DNA of 58,824 nt, counting the filler, from Basidioascus undulatus (taxonomy: Eukaryota): NCBI GenBank assembly GCA_000826855.1. It is 5 parts of 5 records of this genome, joined end to end, with 100 filler letters (N's around TTAATTAATTAA, not from the genome) between each part and the next. Parts side by side here need not be neighbours in the genome. Positions count along the whole stretch, not along the records: positions 35,399 to 47,078 come from JTLS01000989.1; positions 47,179 to 58,824 come from JTLS01000990.1; 3 more parts are not named here. One strand, given 5' to 3'. Every line of letters begins with the position of its first letter. Positions within the stretch are counted from its first letter, which is position 1. The notes beneath the pieces were generated by a model. The model was given only the letters and a program-made list of their open reading frames with translations. It was not told where the DNA came from and did no database searches. Positions 37,387 to 53,569 of the stretch are shown piece after piece. The position numbers and the translations under genes were made by a program.

Positions 37387-41301
<3,915 letters not shown>

Positions 41302-42387
41302 CTCGACGGTCAGACTGTGGGGTGGTGCTCAGCCCGGCCTTGGAGTGGTTCAGGTTCGGGGTGGAGAAGCGCACCTTTGTTTTAAAGCCGTCCCTGCTAC
41401 AGTTCCCTCCAAAGCACTAAAAGAACAGGCCCGTGGCGCGCACACCGATGGTTGTAGTACAGCAGCTGCTGTCGTCGACCGCTGTCAGTAATCGACTCGC
41501 AGAGCAGCCCGGGTAAGCTCACATTCAAAGCGCTGAGTTGAAAATTGCTGGAATGAATAAGCGCTATGAAGCCTACGACGAGATATCCAAGAGCGCAGTG
41601 ACGGTCGAAACCAAGACGCGTCGTGCACGCGTCAGCCCTCCTCCCTCGCGCAATTTGGCGCTGCATGTCTGCGCACACCGGCCCTGAGCAACCGCTCAGC
41701 GCTCAAAAGCGTGTTCTCCCCATCCCCGCCTCCCTTTCCTCAACTCATTTCACCGGTCGTTTATTGTCCCGGCACGCTCGATCCAAACGGGACTTCGGTT
41801 GCGCCCACGACGAGTCGGGCTATCTTCGACCGCAGAGGGATACGCTGCGGCGCTAGCTGGAGAGCGCGGTAGACTAGTGCTGTCGCTTTCCTTACCAAGT
41901 GTCGTACAGACTTTTTGCTTGCCAGAGGAGTATTTTGTAGGGGCGGAATCTCGATGATGAAGATTCAAATGCCATATTGTGTGTGCACACTGTGCTACCA
42001 TGTCGGATCGCCTGGAAGACCAGCAACTGCATGGCAACTCTGCTTCCCGCGTCCAGCGTCTTCTTCGTTCGCTTCTCACCCGTGGTTGGCAGCTGCCGTC
42101 GGCTTCTCTGTCATGCTCGATCGCACAAGAGCGACAGGGCATTCGAGAACAGGGGTTTAGCGCTCATGGCCAATATGACCCGCCATGGACAGCTTCGTGA
42201 ACGCCAAGGAGGGCAGCAGGCCGCTGCAGGCTTCACAGTGGGACCATGTACATACGCCAACGTGTTCTCGTTACGGAGTCCATCATGAATACAGCGCCCA
42301 GTCTATACAGTCTTGCAGCAGTCCTCGAAGAACGCCACACGATACAGAAACATATCAGTGGACTTGATGAAAAGCTGAGCGACTGCG

Positions 42388-42397
42388 GTCACGTGAC
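42388..42397. promoter_or_regulatory. Palindromic E-box GTCACGTGAC upstream of the SREBP gene
   Basis: Perfect 10-bp palindrome about 280 bp before the ATG; TATAAA at 42579-42584. Confidence 0.45.
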
Positions 42398-42678
42398 TGC
42401 TCAGATAGCGACCGATCAGCCCATTTCGCGCGAGGAAGCGGAAAGTGGGCCGACTTGAACCTCAGGCGACTTGTCCACCGCCACACTCCTTTTTGCTTCT
42501 TTTCTCCTGCCATCATTCGTTGTAACCGCACACATACATCTGCCAACGGGGCTGGAAATATTTGGGCCATTTGAAGCGTATAAACAAGGTGCGTGTTCTT
42601 GTTTGAGCTCGCAACGTCATAACTTCACGCTCAAGTCCCCTGTTGGTTGCAGCTTGCACGCACGCCCACTCGCCCGAC

Positions 42679-45583
42679 ATGTCGTCTTCGACAGACGCGC
42701 ACAGCTGGGTCAACGACCTCCCAACAGACTTTTCATTCTTTTCATCTCTCCCTCTTCCCCCATCCACATCCACATCCACGCCCCCGCATGCGTCCTCCCC
42801 ACCCGCATCGATCGACCCTGCCGCCCTCTCACCGCACTCGCCGGGCAGTGTCACCGCCTCGGACCTCGGGTCCTCGCTGTACAGCATGCTCAGCCCCTCC
42901 GCCTCTTCCCCATCCACCCGCTCCACCATCTCCCTCAACGACGTTCTCCAGCCGCTCGACCTCGACCGCCCCGGCACACTCGACGGCCTCGAGGACCTCT
43001 TCTCCTTCGACGGCTCCCAGCCCGTGCCCGACTTTGGCACCGGCGCGTTCCAGTTCGGTGGCGCGGGCGTGGACGAGGCGTTCAAGGCGCTCGAGATGAG
43101 CCTCGGCGGCGCGCCGATTGGGTTCCCCCAGATGGAGAAGCAGGACCAGCCTCAGGTTCCGACGATCAGCCTCGAGCCGCCCAAGCCCAAACCCCAGCTC
43201 GGGAAGCGCAAGACCGAGGACGTCGACCAGCCTGCGCCGGCTGCACAGGCTACGCCGGCCCCCGCTAAGCGCAGGAAGGCGACGGTCGCGGTCAAGAAGG
43301 AGAAGGGTGTGGTGGTGGAGAAGGACAAGGCGGTGTTGGACGTGATCGCAAATGCGGGTGCTACGAAGAAAGGTGCGTAATCCCTATATTTACAGTGCTT
43401 TTACGATCTTTCAGAGACTGACCATCGCACATCTCTTATCACAGCCAAGGCTGCTCCGCGCGCCAAAGCTCCCACGGCCAAAGGCCCCACCGCCCCACGC
43501 TTCCCTCATCCCCCCACCGAGCACACCTTCGGCGGCCCCAAGAACCCCTCGCACAACGCGGTCGAGCGGCGCTACCGGAACAACATTAACTCGCGCATCC
43601 TCGCGCTGCGGCACTCGGTCCCCGCGCTGCTGCATCCGCCGCCGCCGCAGACGTCGAGCCGACGCAAGCCGCCGTCGGTGTACGTCGAGGGCGTCGCCGT
43701 CCCGAACAAGATCAACAAGCAGACCGTCCTCGCGGGCGCGACGGCGTACATCCGCTGGCTGCGCGGGCGCGAGGCGCGCCTCATGCGCGAGGTCGAGACG
43801 CTGCGGGCGGGGTTAGGCGCGGGGAGGGCTGCGTGGGAGGAGGAGTGGGGCGTCGGGAAGGAGGTGGATGAGGTAGAGGATTTGGTAGGGCCGGAGGAAG
43901 AGGACGAGGGCATGCTGGATGGCGAGGCGGAGGATGGGGACGATGCGGGCGCGGAGGAGGAGACAGAGAGCGTCGACACTGCTTCGCCGCCTACGACGAG
44001 CGCAGGGTCGTCCTCCGCCCCGCGGTACCTCCTTGCGCTCTTCCTCTCCTTCTCGCTCTTCTCCCGCCCGCTGCAATCCACGCATCACGTCCCGCATCTC
44101 CCGCACTCTACCGGCTCCGTCCTCTCCTCTACCCTCGCCCCGCACACCGCCTCCGCCAGCCCGTCCTCGTTCCACCTCCTCCCCTTGCTACACCCGCACC
44201 TGCACGACCTCCTCCACACGCTGCTCCTCCTTCTCACCCTCTTCGTCCTCTCCTACCCGCTCCTCTTCTCCCGCCCGGCCTCGCCCACCCCTGAGCGCCG
44301 CCGCCGCGCGCTCCGCACCCTCCGCGACGAGGACGCGAGCCCCGCGAAGATCCACGCCGCCCTCGGCGAGCTCGCAGGCGTACCCGCTGCGTGGAGCGGC
44401 CGCGCGGCCGGGTGCGTCGGCATGGCTGTTCGATGGGCGGTCGGGAAGGTCGTCAGGCGGAGCGGGAAGGTCGCGGAGAGCGAGAAGGAGCGTGTCGCTG
44501 CGTACGTGAGGAGGGCTGAGATTGAGGTGTCTATGCCGACGGGTACGTTCATCCCCTCGTTGTCCTCTTACGCAAGCATGTCTTACTTACGGACTGCGGC
44601 CCCATTCAGCCTTCTCCCGCCTCCAAACGACGCACACGCTCCTCTCGCTCCTGACGCTCCCGCTCTCCACGCACACCCCTCGCCTCCTTGCCTCCGCGGC
44701 GCTCCTCTCCCGCTCGCCCGGCCTCTGGGCGCGCGCGCAAGCCGCGCTCCTCAGCCCGTCCACCCGGGACTCCCCGATGCCCACGCCCAAGCACGTCTCG
44801 CTCGCGCTGTCCCGCCCGCTTCCCGAGGCGCTCGCGCTCCTTCGCAGCGGCTCCTCCGCCGTCATCGACCCCCTCTCCCACATTGCCGCGCAAGTCGCCT
44901 CCCTCGCACTCCGCGAGCTCTGGCAGAAGCTCTTCGTCTCCATCGCTGCGCTCTCCGAGGACCCCGCGACCGCGCGCCCCGCAACCAGCGACGAGGACGA
45001 GCAATCCAACGAGCAGATCATCACTCGCGCAGTCGCCTCCCTCGTGAGCTCCACCGAGCTCGGCTCGCGCACGCACGAGCTCGCGCTCGTCAGCGCCGGG
45101 ACGTGGGCGCTCCTCTGTGCGCGACACGATCTCGCGCGGGATGTAGCAGAGCGCATCGGAGCCGTCGCGCAGGAGTACGAATACACCCTCGCACCCTGCG
45201 CGAAGGTCTACACCGACCTCGTCCTTCCCTCTTCCTCATCCTCCCTCTCCCTCCCGGACCTCACCCTCCCCCCCGTTCCCTCCCCCCTCGACCAAGCCTC
45301 CCACCAGGCTGCCACGGCCCTCTCGTTCCTCCTTCTGCGCGCGCAGACACGCACGAAGCACGCAGCACCCACGTCCGCAGCGACGCTGTACGAGGGCACG
45401 GTGCGCGTGCGCCAGGCACTCGCGCTTGCGGCTGATGTGGGTACCGGTGGCGGGGAGGACGAGCAGCCGGGGGAAGAGGCGGTGGAGGATGCGCGGGAGG
45501 CGATGGTGGACTGGCTAGTGGAGACTGGGCGGCGGGCTGCGGGGTGGGCTGATGAGGGGTACGCTTCGAATGGGTCTGCGTAG
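42679..45583 (+). CDS. SRE1: SREBP-type membrane-anchored bHLH transcription factor (Sre1/SrbA-like)
   Basis: Acidic/Ser-rich N-terminus; bHLH HNAVERRYRNNINSRILALRHSVP...KINKQTVLAGATAYIRWL with the SREBP-diagnostic Tyr; two hydrophobic segments (YLLALFLSFSLFS; LLHTLLLLLTLFVLSYPLLF); two GT-AG introns. Confidence 0.85.
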
Positions 45584-45789
45584 GGCGGTCGTTGGTCGTT
45601 GGATTATCGGGCTCTCTTTCGTTCTTTGAAGTGCTTGTACCTTTTTGCTTTTGATTTTCGTACCTACACAATAATGCTTTTCCGGAAGAGTTTTACTTGG
45701 CTGTTTGTGTTTGCAATTATTGGTGAATTAGATGGACGGCCTTGCATCCCCGGATCAACTGCTCTGACGCACTTCAACTGGTGTTTATG

Positions 45790-45990
45790 AATCATATGCA
45801 CAAACTCAAAGAACAGGGCAAGTCCCTCGGGAATCCAGTTTCCTGTGTGTTGGGAGCACAGTACTGTCAAGGCGGCGCAGTGGAGAGGTCGGCGACGACC
45901 ATGTGCAGCCGGGCAACGCTCGCTCACTTGTTGACATGGTGCATGATTTTCTTTGACCAAGAAGTAAATATAAGGATGCATGGTTTACGT
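45790..45990 (-). mobile_element. Possible LINE ORF2 C-terminal relic
   Basis: ERCPAAHGRRRPLH...IPEGLALFFEFVH weakly resembles the end of fungal Tad1-type ORF2 (CP...R..L...P..L..LF.FV). Confidence 0.2.
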
Positions 45991-46909
45991 ATATCCACAT
46001 AGAGAAGACACGCAAAGTCAGGGTGCTGTCAGCGTGGATCAGCTTCTAGGGCAACAGCACCTTCGCTCTACTGCTCACTGGTGCAGGGAATTGTCAGGAA
46101 CTAGTACGCCTGGACTGAATAACTAGTCTTCTGAACCTTTAATTTATGTGCCGCTGTGGAAAAGGTCTTCCCGACTCCCACAGGAGATGACTGTGGCACG
46201 CATTGACACAAACAACAGAAGGGACAAACAGGCGGAGATTTCGCACACAGGCAATCATACGACCTCGTGGGTATCTATGTCCATATACGGTGTCAATTTC
46301 CCCAAGACAGAACTGAGACCATTCAAAGCAGCGCTTTCAGCGGCAGTTCCAGAGAAGTGGGACCCCAGTAGACGTAGTACACGATGCTCATTTCTCACCT
46401 TTCAACAAATTGCCAACTGTTTCTTCCCACTCAGTCTGCAATATTTGAGTAAAGATTTGTAGATACCTGGGATGGGAATTAGGAAGAGCTCCACTTTACA
46501 CTGGGCACAAACCGCGAGGGGCAGTCGAAGGTGTCGAGCGAATATCGCTTGCTCTATTGCCCCAGTGTCCCACATACCAAACACTGATGCACTTGATCCC
46601 AATTGAACTTCTGGCGTGCCTTTCTATTGTGCGAAAATATGCTTTTGAACATTATTATAAGAAAATGTCCGAGTAAAAAGGTGAGTCCAAGCACAAGTTG
46701 ACTGTTGAGCCTAGACCACTTGCAGTTCTCGACACTCTGGAAGTACAGGACCCGCAAGCTGTGGAATGTTGTAGGATATTAGGAATACCACGGGATGACG
46801 TCTGAGATGTCCTAGGTAAGGCTGACAGCAGGGGAATTTATACTCCTTCCCAGTGAATACAGAAGGTATCGTCAGTCTGTTTGAGACTGTAACAAAATAC
46901 AAAAAGTGT

Positions 46910-46990
46910 TGCGTCGTCCGGGAATCGAACCCGGTTCTCCGCCTTGTACTAAATGGGAAAGCGAAATCATAACCATTAGACCAACGACGC
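46910..46990 (-). tRNA. tRNA-Gly(CCC) with a 9-nt intron
   Basis: GCGTCGT/ACGACGC acceptor stem; D arm GTCT-AATGGTTA-TGAT; anticodon CCC at 46957-46955; intron TTTAGTACA at 46953-46945; T arm CCGGG-TTCGATT-CCCGG; T5 terminator at 46905-46901. Confidence 0.92.
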
Positions 46991-47078
46991 TTATTTATTG
47001 AAGATTATAGTGAGATATGTCCGTTCCTCGCTTCGCCGTCGATGCAAGCTGAGTGAACCGTGCAGGGGAGTGACTTCG

Positions 47079-47178
47079 NNNNNNNNNNNNNNNNNNNNNN
47101 NNNNNNNNNNNNNNNNNNNNNNTTAATTAATTAANNNNNNNNNNNNNNNNNNNNNNNNNNNNNNNNNNNNNNNNNNNN
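47079..47178. other. Artificial contig linker
   Basis: N44-TTAATTAATTAA-N44. Confidence 0.99.
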
Positions 47179-47179
47179 C

Positions 47180-47242
47180 TTCTCCCTCGAAGAAAACCTC
47201 CTTCTGCGCAACGGCCTCATCTACATCCCGGATTCCGAACCT
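47180..47242 (+). mobile_element. Short Ty3/Gypsy pol-like segment at contig start
   Basis: FSLEENLLLRNGLIYIPDSEP resembles the motif preceding the integrase zinc finger of fungal Ty3/Gypsy elements; abrupt switch to Ser/Pro-rich sequence afterwards. Confidence 0.45.
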
Positions 47243-49785
47243 CCCCGCCGAACCTCCTCACCCTTATCCCCTTACTCCTCTCGCCCATCCGTCGCCTCCT
47301 ACTCCTCCTCCTCCGCCTCCCTCCGCTCGCAGGCCGTCACTGGCTCCATTCACAGCTCCACCGTCTCCCTCCCCCGCTCCGCCCTCCCACAGCCCGAGAC
47401 CGACCCGCGCCGCGACCCGCCCGTCGACCTTCCCGACACGCCTAACCACATCGGCGACCTTCCCGCCGTGCCCAAAGGCTTTGCCGCAGCGCAAGACCAG
47501 TTTCTCGCTGCCCACGCTGCGCGGCACACTTCCCTTCCGCTGGTCGACAGCGACGACGACGCGGGCTTGCCGTACGACGGCTTGGTGAACGACGGGTCCC
47601 CCGCGCCCTCACCTGCCCGGCCGACCTCCATCTCCGTCCACTCCACACTCCGCGCCCCCTCCACCACCTCCCCTACCACCATCTCCCAGCCGCTGTCCGC
47701 CTTCCTCGCGCCGCAGCCCGCCTCGCCCACCAAGTCCAACCCCACCTCGCCTAGCATCGAGTTCTCGCAGCCGCTCGGCCAGCGCTTCTCGTGGGGCTTC
47801 GACAAGTTCGGTCTCCGCCCGCAGTCGTACGTCTCGTCGCCGGGCAGCGACCACTTCTCGGCGCTCGAGCAGTGGATGCGCGACGACTTCGGCGTCTCGT
47901 CCGTCCCGCCCTCGCCGGCGGAACACGGCGAGCGGGGCGGGAGCTTCGGGTCGGAGGAGTACGACGAGTCGGAGGAAGGGTACGACGACGACGACGTGGG
48001 GGAGACGACGATCGTCACGCGCGCGGAGGTCCGTCCCATTGGGCTCGGCATCGGCATCCCCATGGTCGCCCCGCTCAACGTCCATACGCGAGCGAGCCCT
48101 CCGCCCGCGCCCATCGACGTCACCGGCGCGGAAGAGAAGGACGACGTGCATCCTCCACGAGGAGCGTCCCCGAGCCCGCCGCCGCCCGCGCCCGTCCCGA
48201 AGGACCCGCTGCGGAGTCCGCTGTTCGGCGACGCGCCGCGCAGCCTGATGCTGGCCGACGCGCCCCGCCGCAGCTCTATCGACCCGCCAAGGAGCCCGCT
48301 CCTCGGCAGCGGTGGGATGTCCCGCCCCTCGACGGCGGACCCGCCGAGGAGCCCGAGAAGCCCGCTTTTGGGTGACGCGCCGAGACGATCGTCAACCGAC
48401 CCGCCTAAGAGCCCGCTCTTGTCCCCGTATACCCCGATGCAGGGCTCGTGGATGAACGCCGAGTCACAGCGCGCGTCGGCGTGGCTCGACGAGCTCGACA
48501 GCGCCGTGGAGGAGGAGCTGCATCCTGATATCCGCCATCTCGGTACGTTCTCTTCTGCGTTGTCCTGTCTCCTGCGGGCATCGACTCATCCTATCCCCTC
48601 TGCAGCCCTCCATCTCCTCTCCGCCAATCCAACCGTCCTCTTCCCCCCCGCCGCGCGCATCCTCATCGGCGAAGGCCTCTCCGGCAACGTCTACCGCGCG
48701 ACGCCCTCCCTGCGGCGCGCCCCGCCGCCGCTGGTACTCAAGCACGTGCGCCCCTCGCCGGACTCGACACGCTTCGAGCACCTCGCGCAGGAGCTCGCGC
48801 TCTTACACAAGGCGCGCCGGCACCCCAACATCCTCCCCATCGAGGCCGCGTTCGCGGACGCGGGCAGCGACAGCAGCGACGGCCCCGGCGTCTGGCTCGC
48901 CATGCCACTCATGGACCGCAGTCTCACGGACGTGGTCGGGCTGTGGGAGGCGGGGCTGAGGCTTGATGGACCGCAGATGGCGAGGGTCGTTGGGGATGTG
49001 GGTGCTTTTTCCGTCTGCCAGGATCGAGGTGGGCTACAGCGGCTGACGGTCGACGCTCGTGTTACAGGTTCTGGAGGCGCTCGACTTCCTCGCGCGACAG
49101 CTGGTGGTTCACCGCGACATTCGGTCTGATACCAGTATGTCGCGTACTGAATTCAGGCCTGTACCTCCCCCTATTACTGAGATCTGTTCGCCTCTGCAGT
49201 CATGATCTCGCCTTCCGGCGTCTGTCAACTAGGTGAGCCTGAACGCCTCGCTATCGACGATGTACTCCTTTCTCACGAGCTTGTCTCGCTCAGCCGATTT
49301 CGCCCATGCCGTCCGACTGGGACCCGGCAGGCCTTCTGCAACCGGCGCAGCCGGTGCGGCGTACTGGCTCGCCCCCGAGATCATCCGCGGCGAGCCTTAC
49401 GGCTTGGAGGCGGACGTCTGGTCGCTGGGTGCGTTGGTTTCTCCTTCGTTTGCATGTGCCCCATTTACTTACGTTGGAGACCCCTCACGTAGGTGCCACG
49501 ATCTTCGAGATGCTGACTGGCCAGCCACCATACGCTGAGCTCGAAGAGACGCACGACGCCGCGTCCATCTCGCAGCACCTTATGTCGGGCCTGCCGCCGC
49601 TCCCGCCCGGCGTCGACCCCCGCGCTGCGGCGTTCCTCGCGCGCTGCGCAGACCTCGAGCCAGGCGAGCGGCCACACCCGGCTGAGCTCGCCAAGGACCC
49701 GTTCATCGTCGACGAGATCGCGTCGCACGAGGAGATCGTCGAGATGTGCCGCGCGGCGCAGGAGCTCGAGGCGAGCTTCGTCTAA
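47180..49785 (+). CDS. STE20/PAK-like Ser/Thr kinase with long Pro/Ser-rich N-terminus (5' end lost)
   Basis: IGEGLSGNVY, LVLK, HPNIL, VWLAMPLMDRSLTDVV, HRDIRSDT, ADFAHA, YWLAPEII, YGLEADVWSLGATIFEMLTGQPPY, ERPHPAELAKDPFI. Confidence 0.88.
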
Positions 49786-50109
49786 CTTGTCTGGTCGTCG
49801 TCTTTCTTCTTGTCCCTCCTTTGACCCTTGTCGCTCTTTGTTTTGCTTTTCCCGGTGCATGCTTGCCATTCCTTTCATGCTAAACTCGGACCACGGTTAT
49901 GCGCTTCACGCCTTTACGTTCAACCTATTTCACTTGCATCGCTTTACATTTTGATACTTCGCACCTTGTAACCTACTACTCCGCATGATTCACCCGCGCC
50001 TCGGCCAATTAACAGTAATCTTTAAATACCGCCCACAACCACTGTCTGCAGCATTGGCGCGCGCACACAGGGTCGTCAAGCGGACAAGCTAAAGAATAAA
50101 TACGTCCAG

Positions 50110-52346
50110 CTAGCTATGCGCAGACTCCTTGGTGCGGACATGGAGCACGATCTCGCCCGGCTGCCCAAGCTTGATGCGGTCCCCCTTGCGGTCGCTCTCG
50201 TCCCGCTTCGCGAGCGTCTCGTTCCGCTTCGCGAGCGTCTCGTCCCGCTCGTTGCGCGAGAACGACTGCCAGCGGCCTTGGCCTGCGCGCCCCTGGATGA
50301 AGTCGAGCGACAGGTCGACGATCGTGTTGAGCGTGTGGAGCGGGCTGACCGTCAGCCCGCGCTGTTTTGCCAGCCGCGGTGTGAGGATGTCGAGGTCGGA
50401 GAAGGTAGTGTGGAGGGTGCCGCCTGAGGCCGCGTGGCATGTATCGCTGTCGTCGGTCCTCATCGTGTTCAGGGGAACATGCGCTAGAGAAAACGTACAG
50501 ATGGTCAAAAGCCATGCTTCTTTGTCTCGCGCCTTTTGGTTCATGTGCAGTCCTTGTATTGCGCGCCAGTTGTCGTCCCAAAGCTGAAGGCCCCCATCAT
50601 CACCCGAGGACATTGGAAGAAGAGATGATAGGAGACGAAGGGACGCACGGCAAAGAACTCGCTGTTGACGGTCAAGATGGGAACGTTGATGTCGCCCCTG
50701 GGGGCGGTGAAAGGGACGAAGTGGGCGCCGGGAGGGAACGTACACCACCAAGACCACTGCGCCGGGGAGCAAAATGAAAAGCCGACTGTCAGCGTGAGAG
50801 ACGGGCTAGCCAGAGGGGACGTCGACATCACGGACGGGGTCGAGGGTCACGCAGCGCGCAAAGTTCGGCAACTCCCTTGCAGCTCGAAGAGTTGTCGCAG
50901 CGCCGAAACTGTCCCGTATGGAAGGGTGATCTGAGCACCAGCTCCGAGGGGAAGGGAGAGTTGATTGACAGCGAAACGCACGAGTGCCCCATGAGCGTGA
51001 CGTCCTTGTCGACATCAAACGTGCCAGTCCACCGGTCCCAATCGATGTCCTTCGCGGCGCACTTGACGCCCTTCCGCCTGTTCATCGCCTCCACGTGTTT
51101 GCCCTCGCCCGACATGATGCGCACGAGCACCTTGCGGAGCTCTTCGATCTCGCGCACGCGGAACCGCAGCTGTTCATCGCGCAGCGGGACGTGGCTCTCC
51201 TCCTTGGAGGGGTCGTTGTAGCTGCGCCGCCCTGCCGTCGATCAGCGAGACAATCCTGTGTGGGATAAAGAAGGGAGATAGAGAAACGAACGCAAGTTGT
51301 TTCCAGTCTGTCCATACGACTTTTTCGGGCTTCGGTGTCTCGCCGTCAACGCTGGGGGGAGGGTAAATGAAGGACGTGGGCGCGCTGCCGTCGCGGTGCT
51401 CGACAGCAGCCACGATGTCTGGACAGCAGCGGAAATGGTCAGCACCACTTAAGATGACCTTGACCTTGGAGAATAACGCACAGCCATGCGAAGCCAGGGC
51501 GCCGCATAGGTGACTGTACATTCTTCTTTGGCCTGCCAAGCCATGCGAGAAGATGATAAGGGGAAACTCTTGTCCATCACTGGTTTGCGGACTGGTCAGT
51601 GCGACGCTATGCATGAAAGGATTGTTGGTCTTACGGAAGCTTCGCTAAAGGAGCGTTGACATGTGCCGGCATTTTAGTACTTCTTGCGATGGCGTGGGCA
51701 AAGCTGGGTCTCCGCCAACGCTGCGTCAGCCGCTGCTAGCACTAATCAGGCGGTCTGAGGGGAATACACTTACGATACTGTGGTCCAGCGGATGAGGAAA
51801 TCTTGGTAAAAGGTTACTGGACATAATGATGGTGGCAAGCGAGCTTCACGCACTGGCAAAGGCCTTGGATATCTCTGTTCGAGTGGTCGTGTGAGCTTCC
51901 CGGTGGCCGTCCAGAAGTGCGCTTGGAGTGCGTACTGCAGGGAGGGGAGGTCAGCCACACGCTTGGAAGGGACGCAGCACTGCATCACTATTAGCTTACC
52001 CAGCAAATCTAGCGTATCCCTTCGCGGTGCTAACAAAGGGCTATCCACCAGACCACTCGCCCTCAACCCCGATCTTCCTCGTCCGCCCAGAGGGAGCTCG
52101 ACTCACCCTCGGAAACCATCCCACCCTCTTCCGCTTCTGTCCGTCGTCCTCGGCAGGATAGTAAAGAGTGAAGAGGAGAGTCTCGAGACGAAGTGGTTGG
52201 ATGTCCGGATGGGGCTTCCAGGTGAACGAGCTAAGTCTGTGCCCGGCGTCCGGACCGTCGAAGGGGACCTCGAGGTCGAAGGCGCCGACTGGGTAGGAGC
52301 CCGGGTATGGTGGGAGACGTGATGATATATAGGGAACGTGAACCAT
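50110..52346 (-). CDS. Platelet-activating factor acetylhydrolase II-like alpha/beta hydrolase
   Basis: LPPYPGSYPVGAFDLEVP, LFTLYYP, FPLIIFSHGLAGQRRMYSHLCGALASHG, AAVEHRDGSAP, EQLRFRVREI, LMGHSFGAAT nucleophile elbow (Ser codon split by an intron), VTLDP, HTTFSD. Confidence 0.9.
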
Positions 52347-53569
52347 CAGATGAGGTTAGAGAGAGTGGGTAGCTGGTGGATCGATTCGTCGGGGTAGGAG
52401 GTCAAGTTCCAAGCAAGAGGGCGGCGGCGTCGCGATCACTTTCTGAAGGGGTTCATCATGAATCTTGACTTCATCGCCATGGCGGCCGAAATAGATCATC
52501 AATCAGGCACGGCACGCCGGGTTCGACGACTAATTATGCTGACTACAATTTGCCCTACACATTCGACTCTTTTTAAGACGACTCTGCTGGTCTTGTGCTC
52601 GCACATTGTCGTGTATACTGCTGTGGAGATTCGTGCAGGAGACCGGAGATGGGAAGTTGAAAACGTCACGTGCTACTTGTGATCGTCGCATGTTTCAGAT
52701 CGCTTACATGCCTCATCACGACGGCCTCAAACTTGGAAACTGATGATCTTAGAGGCTTGCGAGGCCAACCGACAACGAGGACATAAAAATGCGTTCAATC
52801 AGGCGATGTAGTGCTAAAGAAAACATGAGTTCGTTTAAGCAGGTAGACATCGAATTTCCCCTGGAGACAAAGCCGTGGTCTGCCTTGTGTCGAGTTTGAA
52901 CACAGTGCACCCGTTGCTATCAACACAGCTGCCTCCTCCGCCGTGTCGGTCCTGTTATTTTGTTGGATTGTTGTGCCGTGGGTTTCGTAAGTTATTATTT
53001 CCAGGCTACGGAGGCAGAGCACTGCCGTGGCATGAAACTGCATTGCAGCGAGACGCGTGGCTCACCAAACGCGAGCTGTCCGAATCGTGAGTCTTACATA
53101 GTTCCACAATGATCGCTACATCAGAAGATTCAGCGGGCGATTTGCTATCCAATCATTTCCGATACAGCCGTCCCTGAACCGCCTCCTACATGCGCCCAAG
53201 CCGTTCACAGCGTCCGTCTAGCATCTTGCCTTACCCGTCTTATGAGGTAGCCTAACTATAGACTCTTAAGTTTGCCGAGGTTACAGAGACCTAAAAAACC
53301 TGACGGACTCTGCGAAATCGAATCCTGTCATTCTGGCTGAGCTACCTAAATTGGCACTGTGATGAGAGGTAATCTAAAGCAATAGACACGCTGTGGTGGT
53401 GAAAGAAATTTTAGAGCAAGTGTCAGAGGCACACGAAAGAGGATAGGGTTGTTAAACTTGCGGAAATAACAACGGGAGGCATCGAGTGAGGCTCACAGGG
53501 AGTGATGGTGCAGCGTTTGTGAAAGCAAGCGGTGTTTGCGGTTGGGCGAGAAGAGATGAGGAAAGATCG

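Noticed and set aside
46140..46900. Coding or retroelement relic next to tRNA-Gly
   Set aside because: Lower-GC sequence with short frames but no motif I can identify
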